The notes below the pieces were generated by a model. That model saw only the letters and a program-made list of their open reading frames with translations, made no database searches and had not been told where the DNA came from. From Acidobacteriota bacterium (GTDB lineage: Bacteria > Acidobacteriota > UBA6911), in NCBI GenBank assembly GCA_012719455.1, contig JAAYAJ010000022.1, positions 21,713 through 85,712 on the forward strand: a stretch of 64,000 bases of DNA, read 5' to 3'. The position numbers and the translations under genes are program-made. Below are positions 19,631-28,376 of this stretch, in pieces. Positions within the stretch are counted from its first letter, which is position 1; the number at the start of each line of letters is the position of its first letter.

Positions 19631-19655
19631 GCGCTCCCGGAATTTCCGGGAGCGC
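19631..19655. promoter_or_regulatory. Perfect 12-1-12 palindrome GCGCTCCCGGAA-T-TTCCGGGAGCGC, 230 nt upstream of feoA
   Basis: Read directly from the sequence. Located between the aminotransferase gene stop and the feoA start. Could be an operator or a terminator-like hairpin for the upstream operon (no T-run). Confidence 0.3.
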
Positions 19656-19742
19656 CGGGGCGGGCGGCAACCGGGCGACAGGGTCCCCGGGAGTTTGGGA
19701 AAGGGCAGGACGATTGTCCCCCCAATCGCCGCGATGCGGAGG

Positions 19743-20891
19743 TCAGCCCCGGAGGATGGCCCGCACCGCGGCGATCGCGGTTTTGACCTCCGCCGCATCC
19801 GTTCCGGCGCCGAGGGACATCCGGACCGTCCCCTCCGGAAAGGTGCCGATGGTACGGTGGGCGGCCGGGGCGCAGTGCAGCCCCACCCTGCAGAGGATGC
19901 CGAATTCGTCGTCGAGCCGGAGCCCGATTTCGGAAGGAGAGAGCCCCGCCGCGGTGAACGATACGACGGCGGTGCATTCCTCCGGGTTTTCCGGGCCGTA
20001 GACGGTGGCCCCCGCGATCTCCCGGATCCCGTCCGCGAGCGCGCGCCCTAGTTCGAGTTCGCGGGCGCGCAGGAGGTCGATGCCCCGGTCGAGGACCCAG
20101 CGGATGCCGGCGCCGAGGCCGGCGATCCCGGGGCCATTGAGGGTGCCGCTCTCGAATTTGTCCGGGAAGTCCTCCGGCTGGACTTCGTGTTCGGAGCGGC
20201 TGCCCGTCCCGCCGCGCACCAGCGGTGTCATCTCCGCGGCGGAGGCCCGGTCCCCCAGGACCAGCCCGCCGGTGCCGGGCGGTCCCTGCAGCCCCTTGTG
20301 CCCGGTGAACGCCAGCAGGTCGATGCCGGCCGACTGCATGTCGATGGGGATCACCCCCGCCGTCTGGGCGGCGTCCACCAGCAGGAGCGCGCCCGCCCTG
20401 TGCACGGCGCGGGCGACGTCGGAGACCGGCAGGATCGTGCCCGTCACGTTGCTCGCGTGCGTCATCACGACCAGGCGGGTCGAGGGGCCGATCTCGGCGG
20501 CGACGGCCCCGGGGTCCAGGGTCCCGTTGCGGGCGCAGGGGACCACGGCCAGGCGCACTCCTCTTCCCTCGAGGTGGCGCAAAGGGCGCATGACCGCGTT
20601 ATGTTCCATGCCGGTGGCCACCACGTGGTCCCCGGGCTTGAGGAGCCCCGAGAGGGCGAGGTTGATCGCCTGGGTGGCGTTCGGGGTGAAGATCACCCGC
20701 AGCGGGTCGGGAGCGTTGAAAAGTGCGGCGACCGTCTCGCGCGTGTCGTAGACGATGCGGCCGGCTGCGAGCGACAGCCTGTGCCCGGAACGGCCGGGAT
20801 TCCCCCCGGCCCGCTCCAGGAAGTCAGCCATGGCCCGGAGCACCTCGGGCGGCTTGGGCCACGAGGTCGCGGCGTGATCCAGGTAGATCAT
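19743..20891 (-). CDS. NifS/CsdA-like class V aminotransferase (cysteine desulfurase family)
   Basis: 382 aa. PLP-lysine context FTGHKGLQGPPGTGGL. Typical N-terminus IYLDHAAT. Confidence 0.8.
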   Translation of the reverse strand: MIYLDHAATSWPKPPEVLRAMADFLERAGGNPGRSGHRLSLAAGRIVYDTRETVAALFNAPDPLRVIFTPNATQAINLALSGLLKPGDHVVATGMEHNAVMRPLRHLEGRGVRLAVVPCARNGTLDPGAVAAEIGPSTRLVVMTHASNVTGTILPVSDVARAVHRAGALLLVDAAQTAGVIPIDMQSAGIDLLAFTGHKGLQGPPGTGGLVLGDRASAAEMTPLVRGGTGSRSEHEVQPEDFPDKFESGTLNGPGIAGLGAGIRWVLDRGIDLLRARELELGRALADGIREIAGATVYGPENPEECTAVVSFTAAGLSPSEIGLRLDDEFGILCRVGLHCAPAAHRTIGTFPEGTVRMSLGAGTDAAEVKTAIAAVRAILRG

Positions 20892-20952
20892 AGCTTGTCC
20901 CTGCCCACCTACTTAATAACAACGAAAACGTCCGCGCGCAAACATTACCGCC

Positions 20953-22323
20953 TCATTCGGCGAATGTGAAGGGGGTTCCCCGGGCGGGGACTCTTCCGGC
21001 GGAGGCCTTTCTGCGGTCCGCGATGCGGCGCTTTGCCGTTCCCGTCGTGAAGAAAGGAACGTTTCCACGGACAATCTCGAGATCCAACCGGTTGCGGCGG
21101 ATCAGCCGGTCCAGGGGCTCGATGGTGCGCACCCGGGCCGCCCAGCGCGCGGTATCGGCCGGTTCCCGGACGGGATGGACGGTCAGGCGCAGCAGGTCGC
21201 GCTCCGCCCCGGTTTCCAGTTCTGCGGAAAAGGCCGACACGCCGGGATCGCCGAGCAAGGCATCGTCCAGGTCGGCCATGGACAGGGACTGCCCGTCCTC
21301 GAGCTTCACTGCCTCGTGCATGCGGCCCCGGACGCGGTCGAGCCTTTTCGAGGAGGACCCGCAGGGACACGGTCCGGGAAGGATCCGCGCAAGGTCGCCG
21401 GTCCGGTACCGGATCAGGGGCATGGCACGGTGCGTCAGGGTGGAAAAAACCACCTCGCCGAATTCTCCATCCTTGACGGGGGCCCCGGTGCCGGGGTCGA
21501 CGATTTCGAAGAGGAGATCGGGCTCCCGCATGTGGTAGCCGGCACGGGCCCGGCACTCGACGGCGCCCCCCAGGCCCATCTCGGTCATGCCATAGTGGCC
21601 GTACACCCGGCAATGCCACGACGCTTCCAACGCGGATATGATCGCCGGTGCGACATAATCCGCGCTCAGCAGCACGCTCTTCAGCCGGACCGGCTTGGCG
21701 GGCACGCGCGATCGGGCGTATCTCGACAGCGCCAGGAGCTGGCAGGGAATCCCCACCACGCAGGAGGCCCGCGACCGGAAGAGCGTCTCCAGCGCCTGCC
21801 CGCATTCGGAGATCGGGCCGAAGATAGTGGCATCGGCGCCGAGCTTTGCGAGCGCCCTCCGGAGGAGGTCCCCGACGCTCCCCTCGGCGGCTCCCGGCAT
21901 GAAGACAACCACGCGATCCGTGCGGTCCGTGAAGGTCGACAATCCGTGATGGAAGAAGTCGACGGTCAGTTCCTGGTCCGCGGCGGTAAAGGCGATCCTC
22001 TTGGGTGGGGCGGTGGTGCCGGAGGTGGAGAGGGTGACGATCCGCTCCACCTCCCTCGGAGAAACGCAGAGGAGGTCGGCAAACCCGGCGGCGAGGTCGC
22101 CGGGGTAGGTGAAGGGGAGGCGCGCCACATCGGCGAGACTCCGGATGGAAGAGGGGTCGAGATGCGCGAGGCGGGCGCGGTAAAAGCGGCTATGCGTCCG
22201 CGCGTAACCCACCGTTTCCCTGATTCGCTCGAGCTGGTACCGCTCGGGCCCGGCTCCCGGAGGCATTCCGGATGCGTGCATCCGGCGGGCCATCCAGTCA
22301 TCGAGCGGCGTTACCTCCATCAT
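20953..22323 (-). CDS. Phenylacetate-CoA ligase (PaaK) / coenzyme F390 synthetase-like adenylate-forming enzyme
   Basis: 456 aa. AMP-binding core TSGTTAPPKR. PaaK-family length and C-terminal domain. Confidence 0.75.
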   Translation of the reverse strand: MMEVTPLDDWMARRMHASGMPPGAGPERYQLERIRETVGYARTHSRFYRARLAHLDPSSIRSLADVARLPFTYPGDLAAGFADLLCVSPREVERIVTLSTSGTTAPPKRIAFTAADQELTVDFFHHGLSTFTDRTDRVVVFMPGAAEGSVGDLLRRALAKLGADATIFGPISECGQALETLFRSRASCVVGIPCQLLALSRYARSRVPAKPVRLKSVLLSADYVAPAIISALEASWHCRVYGHYGMTEMGLGGAVECRARAGYHMREPDLLFEIVDPGTGAPVKDGEFGEVVFSTLTHRAMPLIRYRTGDLARILPGPCPCGSSSKRLDRVRGRMHEAVKLEDGQSLSMADLDDALLGDPGVSAFSAELETGAERDLLRLTVHPVREPADTARWAARVRTIEPLDRLIRRNRLDLEIVRGNVPFFTTGTAKRRIADRRKASAGRVPARGTPFTFAE

Positions 22324-22725
22324 TCACAGTTCGTGACCGAAGCCGGCCAGGAGTTCCCGGCATTTTCCCAGGGTCTCCGCCATCATCGCGAGGCAGCGTT
22401 CGTTCCGGCCCGGGGGGGTGTCGCCGAGAATATCCCGGCATTCGATCCCGCCGTAGGTGGGTTCGTAGGTCGACCGGAACCAAGACACCAGCGCCGGGAT
22501 CATCGAGGCCGCCGCGGCGTTTTTGTCGACCAGGGAGAGGAGGCAGGCGGCCCCCGTCAGGATGCCGCAGCAGAGGCCCGCATGGAGGCCGCCGCATAGC
22601 CCGGCGACGGCGTCGAGCAGGGCCTCGTTTTCCTCCTCCCCGGCATCCAGGCCCGCCTTGACCATGATCTGGCTGCAGCAGTATCCCCGGCCGGCCAGTG
22701 CGAAAACCTTGTCGCTGTCTTCCAT
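22324..22725 (-). CDS. C_GCAxxG_C_C family Cys-rich putative redox protein
   Basis: 133 aa with clustered cysteines (GYCCSQ…GLCGG…GLCCG…AACL…IECRD…ERC). Stop abuts the downstream ligase start. Confidence 0.6.
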   Translation of the reverse strand: MEDSDKVFALAGRGYCCSQIMVKAGLDAGEEENEALLDAVAGLCGGLHAGLCCGILTGAACLLSLVDKNAAAASMIPALVSWFRSTYEPTYGGIECRDILGDTPPGRNERCLAMMAETLGKCRELLAGFGHEL

Positions 22726-22733
22726 CGGTCCCT

Positions 22734-22940
22734 TCACTTGTCTTCCAGTTGCTGTTCCGTTTCCGCCATCTTCCCCTCGGCCATTTCCCGGGAGACAAAG
22801 ACCTTGCCGCAACCTGGGCAGGCTTCCACCTCGTGGGCTAGGGTAAGGCCCATGTAGGTGAAAATCGTTTTTTTCGCCACCAGCTCCCGGTCGCACCGGG
22901 CGCATCTCCAGATTTTCCTTCCTTCCCCCATCTCCTTCAT
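22734..22940 (-). CDS. Zinc-ribbon miniprotein (CxxC…CxxC), unknown function
   Basis: 68 aa with CARCDREL…CPGCGKVF. Overlaps the stop of the upstream flavo-FeS gene, suggesting translational coupling. Confidence 0.45.
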   Translation of the reverse strand: MKEMGEGRKIWRCARCDRELVAKKTIFTYMGLTLAHEVEACPGCGKVFVSREMAEGKMAETEQQLEDK

Positions 22941-25183
22941 TCCTCCCGGCCGAAACGCATCCGGTGGCTGTACGCATCGAGGATTTCATAGGCGCCTGCA
23001 CCCGAGCCGCGGTATTCGACCCAGTAGGTGATCACCTCCTTGACCATGCTGCACAAGGAGGCGCCGGTCTCCGGGTCGAGAAACTTGTCCCCGGCGGACT
23101 CCGCGCGCCAGATTGCTTCCTTGATATCATTCCCCGATATGAGCTTCCGGTCCAGGTTGCGCCGGAGCGCCTCGTCGATGACCAGGGTCAGGGCGTCCCA
23201 CTCCCGTGCTTCGGGCTCGAAATCGGCGCCTGTCATCTTTTTCATCAGCTCCTTCTTGACCGCCAGGATGTTGGCCCGCTTTTCGTCGAGGCCCGGGACG
23301 GGGTCCCGGGCCGGCAGGTCGAAGGCCAGGTCCAGGATATGGGCGCACTCCTTCCCCTGGGAGGCGAAAACCTCCCTGCAGTTGGCGCAGTAGACGACAT
23401 AGGGCCTCGGGTCGGCTTCCGTGCGGTTTTGGACGATTTCCCCGTACAGCCCGGGGTTGGCCAGGTAGATATGTCCCCCATGGCCGCAGCAGCGGTTCTT
23501 TTCCCCGGGTTCGACACACACGGTGCCCGACCGGGAGACGAGGGCGCGCACGGCCGCTTCCATCCGGTCCCCGCCCCGCGCGGCGCAGGGATCGAAGACG
23601 GCGGCTTCGGGCCATCGGCGTACGGGGCGCACCTCTTCCGCATCGGCCAGCAGCTCGTAGAGCGAGACGGTCCGGATTTCGGGAAGAAACCCGGCCAGGA
23701 CGGTCCGGCAGGTGGCGCAGGCGCACACGAGCACCGGCCGCCCCATTCCGGCCCAGGTCCGCCGGATCCCCTCGATGTTGGCGCGCAGGCGTTCCTCGTC
23801 CCCGGCCCAGTAGGCGGGGGCGCCGCAACACCCAAGCATCACCCCCGCATCATGGCGCGCGGCCAGGAAATCCCACGAACGGAGCACGTGCCCGGGGTTC
23901 GAAGCCCCCAGCTGGCAGCCGGGGTAAAAGGCGTAGGCGCATGCCTCCTGTCCCGCGGGCGGGGAGGAGAAGGCTCCTTCGGAAACGGCGAAATCCATTT
24001 CGCGCAGCCAGAAATCGTGCAGAGCCGCCGGATGTACTCCCGCGCTTAGGCGCACGCGGCGCGACAGTTGCATGAGCGGCCCGATGTCCACCCCCACGGG
24101 GCAAACGCCGCCGCAATAACCGCAGACGTTGCAGGAGTAGACCTGGCGGGTGATGGTGTGGCTGGAAAAGGGGGCGTTGACATGGGTGTCGGTGTAGACC
24201 TCCACCGCGATCTTGTGCGGGTCCTTGCGGAAGAGCCGGAGCATCTCGCACGCTTCCATGCAGATGTTGCAGTCGCACTGCATGCAGCGCGCGGCCTCCG
24301 CCCGGGCCTCCTCCCCGCTGTAGCCCGAGGGGTCGGCCGGCCGGACGGCCGGGGCGGGCGGCACCCCCTCGTGGGGCAGGATGTGCCCGCGGTACTCCCG
24401 GGGAAAGCGGCCGAAGGTGGCGGCCGCCTTGCCGGTCTGGAGAAAGACTTCGATCGACAGCGACGCCTCCCTGCCGGCGGCGAGCGCCTCCATCACGGAG
24501 GATCCGCACAGCTCCCCCCCGAGAAACACCCGCGGTTGTTCCGTAGAGTAAAGTTGGTCGTCCCAGGAAGCCTCGAGCCCGAAAGCGTTCCCCCCGGCGC
24601 CCGTGGCAATGTAAACCGCGTCGAATTCCGACAGCTGCGCGAGGTCGGAAACCACCGTCCCGAAGCGAAATTCCACCTCGAGCGCTGAAAACTGCAGTCC
24701 GATATCCTCGTCGAATTCCGTGAAACGCGGGTGCTCCAGGAGCCGGCCGCCCCACCCCTTTTCCCTTTCAAGGACGGTGACTCCGAATCTTTTCTGGGCG
24801 AGGGCTAAGGCGCATGAGAGGCCCGAGGGGCCGGCCCCCACGACGGCGACCCGCTCCTTCTTCGGGGGGATGACGTAGCGTTCGGGCTTGCGTTCCTTCA
24901 CGTTCCGGAGGCAGGCGACTTCCAGTTCCCGGATTTCGAGGGCCTCGTCCCCGAGAAGAGTGCGCTGGCACGCCGACCGGCACGGCTGGTCGCAGAGGGC
25001 GCTGACGACGACGGGAAAGATGACGGCGTCGCGCAGCACCCGGTAAGCGGCCGGCCACCTGCCCCGGGCCACCCTGTCCAGGAAGGACCGGATGTCCATC
25101 CTGAACGGGCAGGCGAAGGAGCAGGTGGCCGGTTCCCCGCGGAAACACCGGTCAGTGTGTTGTCGGGCGTCCTCGGGCTTCAT
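22937..25183 (-). CDS. Multidomain flavo-iron-sulfur oxidoreductase: GltD/HdrA-like FAD-NAD(P) domain + 2x[4Fe-4S] ferredoxin + two HdrD-type CCG domains
   Basis: GxGxxG motif VAVVGAGPSGLSCALA. Ferredoxin motifs CMQCDCNICMEAC and CNVCGYCGGVCP. Two Cys-rich CCG-like regions (…GCQLG…GCCGAP… and …CAARGG…CCGHGG…). Confidence 0.8.
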   Translation of the reverse strand: MKPEDARQHTDRCFRGEPATCSFACPFRMDIRSFLDRVARGRWPAAYRVLRDAVIFPVVVSALCDQPCRSACQRTLLGDEALEIRELEVACLRNVKERKPERYVIPPKKERVAVVGAGPSGLSCALALAQKRFGVTVLEREKGWGGRLLEHPRFTEFDEDIGLQFSALEVEFRFGTVVSDLAQLSEFDAVYIATGAGGNAFGLEASWDDQLYSTEQPRVFLGGELCGSSVMEALAAGREASLSIEVFLQTGKAAATFGRFPREYRGHILPHEGVPPAPAVRPADPSGYSGEEARAEAARCMQCDCNICMEACEMLRLFRKDPHKIAVEVYTDTHVNAPFSSHTITRQVYSCNVCGYCGGVCPVGVDIGPLMQLSRRVRLSAGVHPAALHDFWLREMDFAVSEGAFSSPPAGQEACAYAFYPGCQLGASNPGHVLRSWDFLAARHDAGVMLGCCGAPAYWAGDEERLRANIEGIRRTWAGMGRPVLVCACATCRTVLAGFLPEIRTVSLYELLADAEEVRPVRRWPEAAVFDPCAARGGDRMEAAVRALVSRSGTVCVEPGEKNRCCGHGGHIYLANPGLYGEIVQNRTEADPRPYVVYCANCREVFASQGKECAHILDLAFDLPARDPVPGLDEKRANILAVKKELMKKMTGADFEPEAREWDALTLVIDEALRRNLDRKLISGNDIKEAIWRAESAGDKFLDPETGASLCSMVKEVITYWVEYRGSGAGAYEILDAYSHRMRFGREE

Positions 25184-25197
25184 GGTGCAGCCGCCTT

Positions 25198-28029
25198 CTA
25201 CAAGGGGTTGGCGCGGATATCCTCCAGTTCATCCTCGAAGTCGGAGCCGAGGAAGTACTTCGGCGGGATCGGGTCCTCCCCCCGCTGCCTGGCCTCCCAG
25301 CCCGCCTTGACCTTGTCGGGGGTGGCGGGGAGGGAGTAGATGCGGACGCCGCAGGCGTTGCGGATGGCGTTGATGACGGCCATGTGGTTGCTGCTCTGGA
25401 AGACCTCGGAGCACCCACAGGATCCGTACGGCCCGGCCGGCCGCGGCGTTTCCATGAAGATGAGGTTGAAGTCGTCGGGGATCATGTCGATGGTGGGGAT
25501 GCCGCACCCAACCATGCTGCCGTGCTTGTCCTGGGCGTCGTAATCCTCGCTGAGGGCGAAGCCGATGCTGTGCGAGAGCCCTCCGTAGCCCTGCCCCTCG
25601 ACCGCCAGCCGGTTGCCGATGGCGCCGACGTCGGTGACGCAGGTGAATTTCAGTACCTGTGTCTTGCCGGTCTTGACGTCGACCTCGACCTGGGCGAGGT
25701 TGAGCCCGTACATATAGGTGGGGTTCTTTTCCCCTTCGCCGGTGTTGGGGTCGAGCCCCGGGGGGAGGCCGATGTTGAACTGGTCGTAGTGCCCGACATA
25801 TTTCGTCGGGATCCCTTCCGCCTTCATCTCCTCGTAGGTGCGCCAGGAGCCGTCCGGTTTGCGCATCGCATCCATCAGCTTGCCGGCGGCGTCGATGGTG
25901 GCGTTGCCCGCCATGTAGTGCGAGCGGCTGGCGGCGGCCAGTCCCGTGTCGGGGCAGGTCTTGCTGTCGTTCATGACCAACCGCACCTGGGCGGCGGTGA
26001 TTCCCAGCGGCTCGAGCGCTTTCACCGTGTGGGTCAGGGTGCCGATGTCCCCTCCCTGCCCCATGTCTTCCCAGGTGTTCCAGTGCGTGATCGTGCCGTC
26101 CGGGTTGAGTTCGAGGGCCACCTCGGCCGAATCGAACATGCCGATGGTGATGAGGAAGCCGCCCATGCTCAGCCCGACCCCCACGTGCCGGCCCTCGGCC
26201 CGCGCGGCTTCGGCTTCAGCCTTGTAGCTGTCGTAGAGCGGCTTGATCTTCTCGAGCATGGCGGGATAGACGTAGTCGTGGTAGGGGCGGCTGTTGACGG
26301 TGAGGTCCCCGGGCCGCGCCGCGTTCCTGTAGCGGAACTCCCAGGGGTCGATCCCGGCCTTTTCCGCCAGCATATCGATGAGGGCCTCGGTGGTGGTGTA
26401 AACCTGCGGTGAACCGAAGCCGCGGTAGGCGGTGTTGAAGGCGTGGTTGGACGAGCCGCCGCGGGCCAGGGCCTTGAAGTTGGGGATGTTGTAGCCGTGG
26501 AAGCCGACCGAGACCAGGTTGTTGAAGATGTTGCCGGCGACGACGGCGTAGGCGCCGTGGTCGAGGGCGATGTCGTACTCGGCCGCCGTGATCTTCCCCT
26601 GCTTGTCGCAGGCGATGCGGCCGTTGGCGAAGGTGGCCGACCGTTTGCCCGTCATGTGGTTGAATTCGTCGTAGCTCAGCGTCAGGGTGCAGGGGATGCC
26701 CAGGTTCTGCACCGCGGTGGCGACCAGGGCGAAGGTGTTCGAACTGGTGGAGTAGCCGAAGGAGCCGCCGACGTGATTGAGCACCATCCGGAGCTTTTCC
26801 ATGGGGATGCCGCAGGCCATGGAGACCACTTCCCGGGATTCGGTGATCGACTGGGATTTGCACTGGATCGTCAGCATGCCGTCGACGCCCCAGTATCCCT
26901 GAACGACGTCGGGCTCGATGGGCAGGTGCGGCTCGTGCTGCGAATGGAAACTTCCCTCGGCGACGAAGGCGGCCTCCTCGAACACTTCGGCTGTGTCTCT
27001 CCCCTTGAAGACCGGCTGCAACATGTAGAAGTTGGGCAGGCTCTCGTGGAGCTGGATGGCGTTGGGCATCGCCGCCTCGGGAAAGGTCATGTAGGCGGGG
27101 AGGATTTCCAGGTTCTGCTTCACCTTTTTGGCCGCTGCGCGGGCGTGCTCCTCGGTGTCGGCCGCCACCAGGGCTACCACGTCGCCGCGCCGGCTGATCT
27201 TGGTGCCGGCGATGACGGGGAAGTCGGTCACCCCTTTCCCTTTCTGGCGCGGGATCACGGCGGGGGAGGCCATGTTGTTGGTTCCCTTGACATCCTCGGC
27301 TTTCATGATCTTGAACACTCCGGGCATCTTCTCGGCCTCTTCCGTGTCGATGCTCAGGATCTTCGCGTGGGGGACCGTGGAAATCACCACCGCCAGGTGG
27401 GCGGTCCCTTCGGGCATCTTCAGCTTGATATCGTCGCCGTAATCGGCCAGGCCCGTCACCTTCACCAGGGCGGTCGGCCGGGGGCGGGCGGACCCGTAGA
27501 TATCCTTCTCTTCCGCGTCGGAGTAGGTGATGTCCTCCATGGAGCCCTCGCCCCGCACCACCGGGGCGGCGGCCATGACGGCATCGACGAGGGGCTTGTA
27601 CCCGGTGCAGCGGCAGACGTTGCGGTGTTTGCGGAACCACTCGCGCACCTCCTCCCGGGTCGGGGAGGGGTTTTCCGAGAGCAATCCGTGGGCCGAAACG
27701 ATGAAACCGGGGGAGCAGAAGCCGCACTGCACGCCGCCGTATGTGATCCACGCCTGCTGCAACGGGTGCAGGTGCTGCGGGGTGCCGATCCCCTCGATAG
27801 TGAGGATTTCGCTCCCCTCAGGCACGTTCTTCATCTTCCGGGTGCAGGAGCGGATGACCTTGCCGCCCAGGAGCACGGAACAGGCGCCGCACTGGCCGGT
27901 GCCGCACCCGATCTTGGTGCCCGTGAGCCCCATGCGGCGGATGACCGCGGCGAGATTGTCTTTTTCGGGATCGCAAACCACGGCTCTTTCCACGCCGTTG
28001 ATCATCAGGGTCATTCGCGTCAGTTTCAT
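25198..28029 (-). CDS. Molybdenum aldehyde oxidoreductase (xanthine-oxidase family, MOP-like single polypeptide with N-terminal 2x[2Fe-2S], no FAD domain)
   Basis: 943 aa from MKLTRMTLMINGV. Plant-type ferredoxin motif CGTGQCGACSV plus second cluster motif QCGFCSPGF…CRCTGY. Large Moco-binding domains. The ORF track's 78-aa N-terminal extension was rejected. Confidence 0.85.
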   Translation of the reverse strand: MKLTRMTLMINGVERAVVCDPEKDNLAAVIRRMGLTGTKIGCGTGQCGACSVLLGGKVIRSCTRKMKNVPEGSEILTIEGIGTPQHLHPLQQAWITYGGVQCGFCSPGFIVSAHGLLSENPSPTREEVREWFRKHRNVCRCTGYKPLVDAVMAAAPVVRGEGSMEDITYSDAEEKDIYGSARPRPTALVKVTGLADYGDDIKLKMPEGTAHLAVVISTVPHAKILSIDTEEAEKMPGVFKIMKAEDVKGTNNMASPAVIPRQKGKGVTDFPVIAGTKISRRGDVVALVAADTEEHARAAAKKVKQNLEILPAYMTFPEAAMPNAIQLHESLPNFYMLQPVFKGRDTAEVFEEAAFVAEGSFHSQHEPHLPIEPDVVQGYWGVDGMLTIQCKSQSITESREVVSMACGIPMEKLRMVLNHVGGSFGYSTSSNTFALVATAVQNLGIPCTLTLSYDEFNHMTGKRSATFANGRIACDKQGKITAAEYDIALDHGAYAVVAGNIFNNLVSVGFHGYNIPNFKALARGGSSNHAFNTAYRGFGSPQVYTTTEALIDMLAEKAGIDPWEFRYRNAARPGDLTVNSRPYHDYVYPAMLEKIKPLYDSYKAEAEAARAEGRHVGVGLSMGGFLITIGMFDSAEVALELNPDGTITHWNTWEDMGQGGDIGTLTHTVKALEPLGITAAQVRLVMNDSKTCPDTGLAAASRSHYMAGNATIDAAGKLMDAMRKPDGSWRTYEEMKAEGIPTKYVGHYDQFNIGLPPGLDPNTGEGEKNPTYMYGLNLAQVEVDVKTGKTQVLKFTCVTDVGAIGNRLAVEGQGYGGLSHSIGFALSEDYDAQDKHGSMVGCGIPTIDMIPDDFNLIFMETPRPAGPYGSCGCSEVFQSSNHMAVINAIRNACGVRIYSLPATPDKVKAGWEARQRGEDPIPPKYFLGSDFEDELEDIRANPL

Positions 28030-28251
28030 GGCTTCATCCTCGTTGTTGTCAATGGAAGGGTAAATTCTTATTTGTGGCCGGCGGCACACTTGCGCATTTC
28101 TCCGGCACAACAAACTCCCCAATTGTACCCCAACAGCGAAAAAAAATGACAAGAAATCACGTAAGTGCACAAATGGATGGAGTCGGGTGCAGCGCCGCGC
28201 GCGGAATCGGGGCGGGCAGGCGCCGGGGGATGCTCCGAATGTGGGAGGAAT

Positions 28252-28328
28252 TGGTCGGGGCACCCAGATTTGAACTGGGGACCTCCTGCGCCCAAGGCAG
28301 GCGCGCTACCAGGCTACGCTATGCCCCG
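28252..28328 (-). tRNA. tRNA-Pro (anticodon UGG)
   Basis: The reverse complement folds as a canonical cloverleaf. Acceptor CGGGGCA/TGCCCCG. U8A9. Anticodon stem CCTGC/GCAGG with loop CUUGGGC (U33, anticodon UGG, G37). T-arm CCCAG-TTCAAAT-CTGGG. Discriminator A. Encoded CCA. Confidence 0.8.
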
Positions 28329-28376
28329 ACCTTGCGGCAAACAATCATTTTAGCGCAGTTCGCCCCGGTCCGCCAG

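Noticed and set aside
28030-28251. Sigma-54 (-24/-12) promoter upstream of the aldehyde oxidoreductase
   Set aside because: GG/GC dinucleotide candidates have the wrong spacing (8 nt instead of 10 nt).
19743-28328. Genomic island inserted at tRNA-Pro
   Set aside because: No integrase/recombinase, no phage or plasmid genes and no visible direct repeat of the tRNA 3' end in the window. Base composition is not visibly different.
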